NCBI GenBank assembly: GCA_001949185.1
Contig: BDGG01000001.1
Span: 5,509,527 to 5,573,526, forward strand
Length of the DNA: 64,000 nucleotides
From: Ramazzottius varieornatus
Lineage: Eukaryota > Animalia > Tardigrada
Direction of reading: 5' to 3'
Under the pieces are notes generated by a model, which did no database searches, had not been told where the DNA came from, and saw only the letters and a program-made list of their open reading frames with translations. The position numbers and the translations under genes are program-made. Positions 23,005-34,763 of the stretch are shown piece by piece; the stretch's first letter is position 1, and each line of letters opens with the position of its first letter.

Positions 23005-23695
23005 CAGCCAATAACGATAAGCTTACGAATGTATCCAGGTTCCGGAAATATGCTCCAGCTCGAGAAGTAACTTACTTCCATGTCATTCGCATATAAAATA
23101 CAATGGATATGTGTGAGATTGTACTAGAGAAAATACGTTTCACGGTCAAAATATGCAAAATGCGTTATGCGCTGTGTTTGCCGGCACTTTCGTCCATGCG
23201 TTGTTACCTATGTACTGTGTCTCCTATAAAATCCGTGCACCGTTGTGCTCCCTTGCCTTCACAGCCATGCGGCTCGGAACGATCAATGCAGCTACAGTAC
23301 CTCGCCACACAAGGCTGTTGAGTAAGCTCGGTTTTCTATGTAAACGAGTCTCGCGTATTACACCTGTCAGTCCGTCAAGTCAGCGCATTTGGGTCTCGTT
23401 CCTTTGCATGAGCCAGCACTGAGCGAGTTCATGGACATACTTACACGCGTACGTCGTATTCGCCTAGTTTATTTACGATGTTACGAATGCAGCCAATCAT
23501 TTTCATATTTTCCCTTTGATAAGTCAGCTTGCATGATAGACGGTTCTTGAAACTGCTGATTTCTAAACTTGTTTTTTGGGAGCAAGATAGCTAATTGGAA
23601 AAATCGGAACGCTGATGGGTAGAGAGAGGCAACAAAATCGGCGAGGAACAATGCTCAGGCACGGAGCGCCATCTGGAAACTTATCGTGAAGTACG

Positions 23696-24823
23696 TTACA
23701 GCTCTTGTTTTTTGTATCCTTTTTCCGACTCCTTTTTGGCTGATTCCTCTTGCTTATTGCCGCAGAACGACAGCTCCTCACACATCGATTCGGGCTTGAG
23801 GTATCTCGATACCTTGTCCATCACAGGTGGCGCTGCCAGCATGAATTCCTTTTCACAAGCCTGCGTATCCTTCTTCCCGTATTCCATGCAAATCGACTTC
23901 GCTGCATCTAGAACTCTGTCATCTAGTTCGAAAGAGCCAAGGCGGAGAATCTCCTTGCAGTGCTCCAACATCTTCTTGCATTCTTCGCACGATGCTTCTT
24001 GAGGAATTGCGAGTGATTCGTCATCGAGTTGATCATCGTTACACAGCTCGGCGTTCCGGCACATCATCATCGGGTCCAGAAGGAGTTCATGGACCACCCA
24101 AGCTTCTTCAAAATGGTTCGCCAGCTCAGCACACATCTCGTTGACGTACTTGTTGGATATGTGAGCACACAAGTTCTTTATCATCGGAGGGTACTCGGGG
24201 TTGCTGAGCTTGTCCAGATACGTAGTTCTGACTGCTTTTGCAAAGTTCATGCAGGTATTGCAGTGTTCCCCGGAGTTCGTGAGCTGGTTGGTAACTGGTT
24301 TCCAGAAGGAGTTCGACTACAATGAAAACGGAATAGGCGTGAACAATAAAATTCGGCAGCTCACTTTGCGGCCAGAACAGGTATCGAAATCAAACGAATA
24401 ATCGAGACCAGAAACTGTTGAAGATTGAAACATTACCTTGTTGTGTGGTACCACGCCGCAAAATTCCAGATGGTGACAGAGGTAAATAGTCGATTTGCCC
24501 AGATTAAAATCGATATTCTTTCGAATTTTATGCATGTTCCTGTTGAGTCCCATGACACAATTTTCCTGTTCCCCTGTTGTACCAGAAGGTAGTTGTTTGC
24601 AGGTATCCTTGAAGAATTGAATGAGTTCGGGTTTGGTTGTCTTTCTGGTCTCCCGAAGCACATTTAGTCCACCCAAAAGGTTCATCACACACCACCAGCA
24701 TTCCGGTGTGCTGGTATTTTCGAGGATTTTCATTGATTCGGCATTCCGGTACTCATAGTCATCTTTCGCTGCTATGACGCGTAGCCAAAGCGAAGCCAAA
24801 AAACACAGAGATAATGACTTCAT
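23696..24823 (-). CDS. Secreted saposin-like protein with three SapB domains (2 exons, ~335 aa)
   Basis: Signal peptide MKSLSLCFLASLWLRVIAA; three CxxC...C...C...CxxxxxC units; phase-0 intron 24436-24317. Confidence 0.8.
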
Positions 24824-25900
24824 CTTAAGGCTCTTGCATGTTACTGTGCTGTAGGAAGAAGTATGTAATTAACTTAAGGCAGTTTCACCGGTGACCAGAT
24901 CAGGCTTGCTGTTTTTGTCCCACAGTAACTGAAAACTTCCAGTGTAGTACTGAACGCGGGTCAACAACAAATGTGGTCTTTTACGAGTGCCGCGTTTTTC
25001 ACAATAGGGAGCAAGGTGCAGTCTTTTTTACAGAGCACGCCAGCTACTGGGACCGGAAATTCGATCCTATCACGGCCAAGTTCAAGTTCACAGCCTAGTT
25101 TCCTGACTTTTCGAAGGCGCGTACTGTTGACCAGCCACATGGTGTTAATACTGTAGTACTGTACGTGACGGTCTTCCCTGACTGTACAATGCTTGCCAAC
25201 CCGATGACACATGACTCGACCTACGACTGATTAGTGCTGCAACGTCACGTGGCATCGGGTTGGCACGCACCAACGACATTGTAGACATTTATACATCCAG
25301 CTTCCGCGTTCCAGCTGGTCTATCTCGAGGCAGTAGCAGTACGCGCACGAAGAAAAGTGTGGAACAGCGCAAAGTCTGGACCCAGCGGAAAAAGCCGGCA
25401 TCGTGAGATTCAACCATAAAAAATTGCCAGAAAGTACACTCAGTTTCACGCAATTCTCGAAATTTTTTTACGGTTGATTACGTTGCCGTCTTTTTTCGCT
25501 TGGTCCAGACTTTCTCTTCGTGCCTGCACAGAAATACAAGGAACTATGCTCGGTTGTGCTTGACTTTATTGACGCATTGGGCAACGTCGCAGAGCTTGCC
25601 GGGCAGAAAAGGTTTGCCTGGGGCTCTTCGGTTTGGAACTTGCGAACGAATTACGCGTACAGTGTGAACAACAAGATTTGCGCAAGACCAGTACCGGTCA
25701 CACAACTTCCGTCTTTGCCGGCTCTCTGCCTTCTTGTCTTAGCTTCGTGAAATACAATATACAAACGATACGTCGATAGATGAGAACGATGGATGAGAGC
25801 ATTGATCTCTGCGACGAAGTTTAATCAAGTATCAGGCAATTTATCCTTTTTAGATTCACCGTACCACAATATATTCCAGCCTGGACGATGTAGACTTTGA

Positions 25901-27790
25901 ATGAGCGAAATCGTGTCGGACGGACAGGACGCCATGCGAAAATGGGTTTTTAGCCTACTCATTTCGGCTTTGTTTTGCTTTGTGACATATCGACTACCAC
26001 CTCAGACTGCAAGCAGCCCGACAAATCACAGTGCAGCTGGAAGTCCGAATCGAAGTTTCCACAAAACGATTTACACTCCAGCTTGTGTTCCATTGAGCCC
26101 GGAAACACCATCCGACTTCTTGTTCCTGACTGTTCGGACGACTCCAGTTAAGCACCATTCGAGACTCAAAGCATCGCAGGATACTTGGATCAAGGATGCT
26201 GCGGACATGAAATCGAGCGATGGAAAAAAGACGACAAAAGTATCCGCCAGTCAGAGTACATGACATTGTATGCGCGAGCTTCCTGTAAGTAATGCTTTTT
26301 CACCGCAGATATACGTAGTGACGGACAGCTATACGCGCAAATCTACACAGGAAAATCTGGGTATGACTTACATATAATATGAACGCCGGCTGTGCATCTT
26401 TTATATCGATGATGCTATAGATGGCTCGCATATCATATATGAAACCCATTGCGGCAGGTACGAAAGGAGTACAAAATTTGGCCAAGACGATTTAAGAAGT
26501 CTTTTCATGACATGCGGGATTGAAGAGCTATTATTCCGCTGCAGGTCGATTATCCAGTCCCAAGGTTGCAGTCTCCACAAAGAACTTTCTTTATTCTACA
26601 CGGTGGCCGACCACGCGAGGTAACAAAAACAATCCTCAAAGACTAAAAACCCAGAGGTTCGCCAAACTGTATTTGGTCGTTGCAGGTGGTTTTGCCACGT
26701 TGATGACGATGCTTACATCAACGTTCCAGCCCTACTTGTGCTTCTATCCCAACACAACCATGAAGAGCCCTTCTATATCGGAAGGAGATCGCTTCCAACA
26801 GGCATTTGGGGATGGGACCACTTGAACAAGGTAAAGGCGGCAGAACAAGAAACTAACTTGCGGGTTCGGAAGTCAGTCGACCGTGAGAGTATCACCGTGT
26901 GTACAAAGTCTGGTCAGGTTTTTAAAGTTACAGAAACACATTATGGTGGACTTTGTGACCGGCCAGGTCATATGCCTAAGCAAAACAGCCATGGAGATGC
27001 TGAAACCCTTGGTGACGGAGCTCAAGCATCCTTGGAACTTTTTACGTTTGACACGACATCATCCAGACGACATCATTTTGGGCTACATTTTCCAGCGCAA
27101 GTTCGCCTGCAGTTGTAACGAACATGCAGTACACGTGCCTGCCCTAAATGTGGGCATGGACAAAAATGTGGGCAGCGCAGCGAAAGCGGCACGGGCCAGC
27201 TGAGGTCGACCAATCAATTAAATCAATCTGAGCAGCGCCGCCTTCGCTCCAGGGCCCTCTTTCTGTGGCCATGCCCACATTTAGGGCAGGCGCGTGTACA
27301 GGATAAAACTTATCTCCTTGTTCACTTCTGTAGATTACCTCCATATGTCGATCACGGAGTCCCAGCGCATGTACATCCAATATGATGATCTCAGAAACCT
27401 GACGGAAACGGACATAAGAAACGCGGTACGTATAACGAGCGCATGCTGTAGGCTCTCTAGCGGTAACAGCTTATTCTTTGAGGGCCCCTCAGTTTCACGC
27501 TGGTCTACTCTGGCAATAGTACTGACCGACTAGGTAATTCGGTATCGTGGTTTGACCATGGCTTCTTTTAGGCCACCATGAGCTATGGCCGTCGAAACGT
27601 ATTTGTTCTTCCAAGGGAAAACGCCACCGTTGTAGCCGAAGACTCAATCTCCAAAAGGTACATTAGTCTTTGCAGATGTTCGCGAATGGTAGGCCTTTCG
27701 AGCACCGTATCAGCTGTTTTTAGTTACAGGTTCCACGCACTTCACTCCTACTACACCCAAAAAAGCAGAGATTGCCAAAAGCCGGAATGA
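25901..27790 (+). CDS. Fringe-like beta-1,3-GlcNAc transferase (GT31), multi-exon
   Basis: Type II TM segment; LTVRTT...SRL...TW; RWFCHVDDDAYINV; FYIGRRSL; HPDDIILGYI; SYG; RFHALH. Confidence 0.8.
27132..27296. mobile_element. TA-flanked MITE (family C) in fringe-like intron
   Basis: TIRs CACGTGCCTGCCCTAAATGTGGGCATGG / CCATGCCCACATTTAGGGCAGGCGCGTG; TA on both sides. Confidence 0.85.
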
Positions 27791-27866
27791 GGTAATAAGA
27801 GAACCGGCGAAAATAAGCCAGGTGCTTTCCGGAGGTTGATTGAAGTCATCATTATATTCTTAGTTC

Positions 27867-28500
27867 TCACGAAGCGAGAGCGCTGTTGTTCAAGTCTATA
27901 CACAAGGTAAACCAACTCTCGTCCCTGACGTTACTATAGTCCAGCCTTTGGCACATAACTTCCGGGCCGATATACGTAGATACTTTGTGCATTGTTGACG
28001 GCATGGCGGTCATGAACTCTCGTTCACAAATCTCGGCTTCTTCCTTGTCTTCCTTGTCATACTCTCTGCACGCCGCTTTTGCGCCTTTTTCCACTCCGTC
28101 ATCTAGTCCGAAAGAGGAAAAATTCATGGCCTCCTTAGGGAACTCCAGCATTTCCATACATTCGTGGCACGTTGTCCGGTGAGGTTTTACTTACGTTTCG
28201 TCTTCAAGCTGTCCATCGTTGCGCAGCTCCAAAGATTGATATAGGTACAAAGAGGCAAGGATCAGTTCTCGGATCATCCACGCGTCGTCCCGTAAGTCTG
28301 CCAAATCCATATTTCGTTGATAAACTTATTGGAAACAGGGGTGCACAGCCTTTTTGCATTGTTTCGCATAGGCTGCGTCGGTGTAGCTGCGCAGGTTTTT
28401 GTTTGTCCCCGCTTTGCGAAACTGATGCAGGTATTGCAGTATTCGCCGGAATTTGTGTTGACATCTTGACCGGGAAGCTTCCACACGCAGGCTTTCTGTA
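27867..28500 (-). pseudogene. Decayed paralog of the saposin-like gene (domains 2-3)
   Basis: NSGEYCNTCISFAK vs NSGEHCNTCMNFAK; CEREFMTAMPSTMHKVSTYI vs CEKEFMLAAPPVMDKVSRYL. Frameshifts and lost Cys. Confidence 0.7.
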
Positions 28501-29697
28501 GGCAATAAAGAATATTGTTAGACCATGCAATGCCGAAAGTATTTTCTAAAGTTTACAAACACCAGGTACAGACATGAGTGAGCCCAACTGTTTAACACTC
28601 TGGTTACCAAGCTTTTCGTGTCGGCGGATTACCAGTGTGCTCATTGTGAGCACAGAGGATTAATTGGTGGAAAAGGGAAGGCGTGACCCAAATCAGCCAA
28701 TAGGGATTTTCGGAATTTCGATAATTCCCTAACCCCGGGTTTCGAGTCCTACCTGGCTCGTAGGCTATTCGTTGCAAAACTCCAGGTGCTCACAGAGCTT
28801 TGCACCGGAGGCACCATGCTCCAAAACTTTCCGGAATTTTTGGATGTTTGTAATCATCCTTCCCGTTCTATGGTTGTGCTGGACGGGAACCTCGTACAGA
28901 AAGAGGTCTGCGCTTCGATAAAGATTCCGCTCGACTCGCTTAAACAGGTTTAACTAAGCCTATATAATCATCGTACCCTGGAAATTGTTTTCAATCCGCT
29001 GACGACCATACTTCTTTGTCTCACACGTTTATGCACCATCCGCCATTCCTCAAGAACGCACCGTCACCTGATAAACGTATCGAGATACACAAGAAGCCAC
29101 AACCTTAACAAAGTTTCGAAAAGGCAACAAGCGAACACGAAAAATAGGATTGAAGGACTGCGGAAGTTATTGTTCCGGCTGTAGTATGTATCATACCACA
29201 ATAGTTGCATACCGGGTGTCGGTGTTGACAATGAGAAGTGTTTATTCTGGACTCCAGATCCTAAGGACCTCACTTCCCGCTTCTCTCAGCCCAAAAAGCA
29301 TCCACGGGAGAAAGACTACGGCGAACATAGTAGTCATCCCTCCCATCAGCAAACGTCAACACACTGTTAGCAGGTGCAAAGTACTACGTTTGTCTCTGAC
29401 AGCAAGAAATGATCAAATTCAAGTCGTGTTTTCCGCTTTTTTCCCGGTGCCCTGCGTCCATTTGGTTCAAGGGCCAAAGACTGTACGACATACCAGGTAA
29501 ACGACCTATAAGGATTCTGTTGCACTGTACTGCGCCGTAGGGTTCCCGGCGCTCACCGTGACAACCCAAGGTAATGAAAACTTCGAAAATCGTTTAGAAA
29601 TGTGAGTGAAAAGTGCAATTTATAAAAACCAGATTAGCTCAGTCATCGACCAGACGGAAACAGCGTTGCCGAGTTGATTGAATTGATGGAAAAATTC

Positions 29698-30140
29698 CTA
29701 CAAGTCGGTTTTCTCAGGGCCCGTTTTCATGGCATTGTTCAGCCAGTCAATGTCCGCTGCATAGCAGTATTCTGCGCACGGGTTGACAGGAGACTTGTCG
29801 TTGTCAATGACGTTGAGGAACTTCTTCATGTTGTTGGTCAGGCCCTCGACGCATTCGCCTTGGTCCTTTCTGATGATAGCAGGAAACAGCTTGCAAACAT
29901 GTTGGTACATTCTAGCAAGGTAAGCTCCGGAGGTTCTCGATGCCGATCGGTAAGCATGCAGTGTTGGTAGCATCTGCACCATGCACCAAGTGCATTCCGT
30001 GGTGCCGATGGTGGGAACTGGGAAGATCGCTTTTATCTGTAGTCCGGGCTATCCTCGATTTTGATTCTGCTTCCCGCATCCGTTGGTCCACAAAGCATCC
30101 ACAGGGAAAGCACAAACGCCCCATGCCTGAATTAGCCATG
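29698..30140 (-). pseudogene. Single-SapB-domain paralog (domain 1-like), upstream frame interrupted
   Basis: TTECTWCMVQM...VCKLFP...GECVEGL...PCAEYC resembles TPECWWCVMNL...TCKQLP...ENCVMGL. In-frame TAG near 30050. Confidence 0.55.
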
Positions 30141-31276
30141 CCTGTGTCTTACCTACAAAAATTATCAAAACAATGGGATGAAACTGGGCCTGCTAGTCTG
30201 GATACATATTGGTAAAGTGACAATACAGATGACAAGAAGGGACCGACACCGAAGTTCCTTGGACCGGCTGAGAGAAGAGAACCAACCGGAAGAAGCTACG
30301 TGTAACCTTGCAGCAATCTTAAATTTATTGCATAGAACATACAGAACAAAGCACTTCTGTGTCAAATGGAACGCAATGTTTCAGGGCTGAAACTTGTCTT
30401 GCTCGATCTCGTAATACAGTACAGCTCTTATCTACACTAAGTTAACTGTAGGAGGCATTGTCTGTGGCGGCCACCGAACTTGAATATTTTCTCCGTCGAA
30501 GAACTAAGTTTCCATCGTCCTAAGTCCAAGAATTAAGTCCATGCCATCGCCATAGGTTGGTTTTTGCGAATTTCTATCCGGAATCCACACTCATTCACTG
30601 CAGACTACGCTCACCCCGCACACCGCCCTAATTCATTGACGCAAGCAGAATTACGGTTACAGTGCACGAGGTCAACCCTTTTGGTACCACGAGCTTCAGA
30701 TACAGTGTACAGTACGTCTACACCTTGCGCCCAGTGTGTCAAAACAATGGTATTTGATGAAGCATACCTACAGTACATCAAAACTCGACCTTGGCATGTC
30801 GTGATGCAGTCACAGAGTACAAAATGCCATATGCGCGCCATGGCACTTGCAATGTGGGTGGCACGTCTGGGGATCGAGTTCCTACAAAGTAACGTTACCG
30901 ATTGTGCGTAACGCCCAGCAGTTCAGGCTGCTCAGTAGATCTATTGCAGGATAATGTTCCATGCATGTGGAAAATTATCCGGGTTCACTCACACGAAGGA
31001 GCTATCAGTTTCGTGTCTGCCACCTACAGTCTGTAACGACGTTCAAGTTCACTGTCATGTCCAACATCAGTCTGCAGTTTCATAACGTCGGTGAAACTTT
31101 CTTTCGCCTGCATAACCATTTAGCTACCGCAGCTGACGTCCCAGACATTTCTCTATACTTGGCCAAGTCGTTCGGGTCCATCAAAGCTGATAGTTTCTTT
31201 TAAATCTGTTCTGGGCTGTCCACTGAGAAGGAAATGTTTGCTTCGTCCAAAGCGCTAACTTGAAAGCTATCGGGAA

Positions 31277-32465
31277 ATGTTATTCCTCTTCACTCCAACG
31301 CCGTCTTGGGATTTACTGTCCATCGCTTACTTTCTCTGTGTCGTTCAATCCACTACCGCATGGCCGGGGAACTATGGTGGAACGGCGATGTCAAACGGCG
31401 GACTGGCCAGCATGTCCGCCATGGGTGGCGGAATGGGAATGGGTATGGGTAACGGAATGGCTGGTGCAATGAGTAGCGCCATGACCGGCGGACTGAATGG
31501 CGGGATGAATTCCTTTGCCAATGACCTAGCGGTACCAAGCGAGTTTGGTGGTAGCATGTTCGGATCCGGAGGGATGAATCCGGCAGCGTCAACGAATTTT
31601 CAGAACGGCTTTCCGACTAACCCATACCGATCCGCAGCTGCCAACATCGGTTCAATGTAAGTGGCTTTGGAGCGTTTTCATCCACTTCAAGTACACGTAT
31701 CGGCAGTAACTTTTGGGCTTTGGAGTGACCATTTTTGGGTTTTTCAGATGTTACTGTGATGTGCGCGTGAACAAGATGGGTACTCCTGGTGACCTTCTCT
31801 TCAAACTCCACTATCCCACTATCAATGCGGAAACCTGCCAAATGGCCATCCAGCAGTGCATGCTGAGTTGCAAGAACCAGGCACAACGGCAACTGACCGG
31901 AAATGTGCTGTTTGAAGAGGGAGGGCTGGAGAACCTGGCACCAGACAAGGAAGTAACCGTTGGGACAGTTCTCTGCAAAGAGTAAGTGGGGTAACAAGTC
32001 CGAAAAGCAGCCAGGCTCCTTATAGCCTTTTTTGTTAGGACGGGTTTCAATGTGATGTAATGTTGTTACAGGCATAACAAACAGATCGCTCCACCAGGCG
32101 TCATCGCTTCGGTGTTTGCCAAGCCCGATGCCTGCGGTCGCGCCTCACCGGTCTACGACTTGACCGGTGAGGAATCCCGCCTTTGCTGTACAATGATTGC
32201 CCATCCGTACGTTCTGAAGGAACAAATCCTCGTCTTCAGTCCGGAATGTATTGCCGGAGTGGCTCCGGCAGCTGCTCCCGGTACCGCTGCAGCGACCCCC
32301 GCCGGAAGTCCGGCACCCGCTCCAGGGGGCGCTCCGGCTGCAGTTCCTGCTCAAGCTCCCGAACCGGCTCCTATGGCTAGTGCCTTCAATCCCTCCATTC
32401 AGTCAATGCCTCAGTTCCGGCAGTTTGATCCTATGAATGCCATGATGCTTGGTGCTTTTGGTTAA
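31277..32465 (+). CDS. Uncharacterised secreted protein: Gly/Met-rich N-terminus, 10-Cys core, Ala/Pro-rich tail (3 exons)
   Basis: Signal-like segment ending STTA-W; introns 31657-31747 and 31982-32071 keep frame; AATAAA downstream. Confidence 0.7.
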
Positions 32466-32841
32466 ACCTTGTCAATTTTTACTTTTTGATTTCGTACCAG
32501 AATCCGTGAATGTTTTCTCATGTATCATCGTTTTTCTTCCGTAAAAATAATAATAAAATGAAAAATAAAACGTACAATCGTTATTGTATTTTCTCGGTAT
32601 TTCTACGAGCTACGTCAAATTACACCCGCACCGATATCACTGATTGCTTGGTTGTCGCCCGTCACCGCACTTGATTGGCGAGTAATCTTTGATTGAAGGC
32701 ATAGATATTTTCTTGTGCCCGGCGGGTAATATCTACCGCAGCAGTCGCGTGATTCGCTGAACTATCGAGAGAATACAATAAGTTACGTTCCAGTAGAATG
32801 TAATGGAATGGAAAAAAACGCTAGAAGAATAAAACAGAATA

Positions 32842-34176
32842 TCATTCTGATTTCCAAAAGTCCTTGCTAGTAACTGCGGCTTTTTTGGCTTCTTTAGCCA
32901 TCTCTTGCGCTCTTTTGAAGTACACATTCTCACTGAGGGGTTTGCTCCATTGTGCTAGTTGCTCCAGAGTCCGCAGAATCTCATCTTCCTCCACGATTCG
33001 ATTCCCATCCATAGCGACATTCCGCAGCTTCACTCCGCAACCCGACTTTTCCACCACATCCGCGTTCCCGTGTTGGTCTCCAAACATCGGCCAGGCCATA
33101 ATGGGCACGCCGCACGACAAACCTTCCAAAGTACTGTTCCATCCACAATGACTAATAAAGACCCGTACAGCTTCGTGCTTCAGGATATCCTTCTGTGGCG
33201 CCCAAGCCACAACCAGGAACTGCGCGTCACTCTTTGATGCCTCGGCCTTAATTCGGGCCCGTTCTTCTTCTGGTAGAAGCTCCTGCTGCGGCTGTCTCAG
33301 TGACCATATGAAAGGCTGCTCTGATTTTACCAGCGCAGCGTAAACCTCGCTCAGCTGTCCCTTACTCAGTGCGCCAATGGACCCAAATGACACATAAACC
33401 AGAGACCGTTCTTTCTGCTTATCCAGCCACGAAACAACTTTGTCCGTCTGTTCAGTGACCTTCAGATCGCCTTCAGAGGTCGGCAGCATAACCGGGCCGA
33501 TAAGTCGAACGTCGATGCCGGAAAATCTCGAGCAGTGAAGACCTAAATCGCCATAGAACCCACGTTCAAGTGCGGAAAAGGAATTGACCAGGAAGCATCT
33601 TGAGAGAAGCAACTCTTCTTGTAACAGCAGGTTATGGGTCTTCCAGCTCTGAATCATGCACTTCGGGTCGGGGTTTTTGAAGAACTCGTCATCTGGTACG
33701 GCCGGGGAATCAGGCGAGGTCCTCAGTATCTCGATCGTCAGGGACCCGCTCAATGGACCGAAAGCGTACACTGGTATACCGCGTTTGCGGCATTCAGCAA
33801 ACGTCACATGCCCAGTTGCTACGTCGATGACAACGGCGTCAATTGATACCACTGGTTTCTTATCAGCGCAACCATGGCAGGTAGATAGTTGGTCCAGTTG
33901 CTTGACAAAAGCAGCTTGAAGCAGGTGCATCATGTTGAAAACGCCAGCGATGGAGATATTTTGGTCAAGAGCTTTGTCGATGGTGTCGTTCAGAGCGAAG
34001 AACTGGATATGTGGATCGGTACAGTGCGAGCAGACTCCTTGATCCAGCAGGTTCGCCGAGACAGCCAGCGTGGCATGATGGCCGACGGATGTGATCACAC
34101 GTGCAAGCTCCAACAAGGGTGTGATGTGACCGATCGCCGGTAAAGGCAGGAGCACGAAGTGTTTAGGAAGAGCCAT
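32842..34176 (-). CDS. Soluble GT1 UDP-glycosyltransferase with PSPG-type box, intronless CDS
   Basis: HFVLLPLPAIGHITPLLELA; WLDKQKERSLVYVSFGS; WAPQKDILKHEAVRVFISHCGWNSTLEGLSCGVPIMAWPMFGDQ. No signal peptide or C-terminal TM. Confidence 0.9.
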   Translation of the reverse strand: MALPKHFVLLPLPAIGHITPLLELARVITSVGHHATLAVSANLLDQGVCSHCTDPHIQFFALNDTIDKALDQNISIAGVFNMMHLLQAAFVKQLDQLSTCHGCADKKPVVSIDAVVIDVATGHVTFAECRKRGIPVYAFGPLSGSLTIEILRTSPDSPAVPDDEFFKNPDPKCMIQSWKTHNLLLQEELLLSRCFLVNSFSALERGFYGDLGLHCSRFSGIDVRLIGPVMLPTSEGDLKVTEQTDKVVSWLDKQKERSLVYVSFGSIGALSKGQLSEVYAALVKSEQPFIWSLRQPQQELLPEEERARIKAEASKSDAQFLVVAWAPQKDILKHEAVRVFISHCGWNSTLEGLSCGVPIMAWPMFGDQHGNADVVEKSGCGVKLRNVAMDGNRIVEEDEILRTLEQLAQWSKPLSENVYFKRAQEMAKEAKKAAVTSKDFWKSE

Positions 34177-34294
34177 TTTCCTGGAGACCGTCTGGTAAGT
34201 ATGGAGAGATTCCGTGAACCTATGCCAGAAAGAAGGAAGTGAGGATTGTTCATACATGAGAACCAGAAAACGCATATACGGAAGACGCGCTTAC

Positions 34295-34763
34295 CTGCAG
34301 TCTTTCCGGTGTTCCGATGCGAAGCTTCTGAGTGTGTTCTAACTCGAATACTACAAAGGTCCAAACGAAGATTAAAACCGGCTGGGCATAGTCTCTGGAG
34401 GATTCCGTATGGTCCTGCCACTTCTTACGACCGCGCAGATTGTTGTGCGGTTTGTGCTGGTTGTACGATGACGTCACTTGTCGCAGACAGCTGGAGGAAG
34501 TACGTCGTTGTGACGCAAGCGACTGAATCTGATTGAAACGTATTTCTGAATTCTTACCTCATTCGTCCGATATTATTCTTCTTTCTGTATTCTCTCGCAG
34601 TTTCTCTATCTCGTAGCCTTTTACCTCGTTGAACTACGGGATCACAGACATCTGGACGTCATTGCCGGAAGTCCGAGAGATCGTAGGCCGCCGCTTGATC
34701 TTTGCTCTGCACGAAGCGGAATCGTCGTCTTACCCGTATTATCTCCATCCGTTTCTGTTTCCG
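34295..34763. promoter_or_regulatory. Short divergent (bidirectional) promoter region between UGT and ABCF1
   Basis: Head-to-head ATGs ~590 bp apart; CRE palindrome TGACGTCA at 34469-34476; ETS-like CCGGAAGT at 34665-34672. Confidence 0.45.

Noticed and set aside
34177-34275. 33-aa N-terminal extension of the UGT ORF in the track
   Set aside because: It lies in a probable 5'-UTR intron; family similarity begins at MALPKHF.
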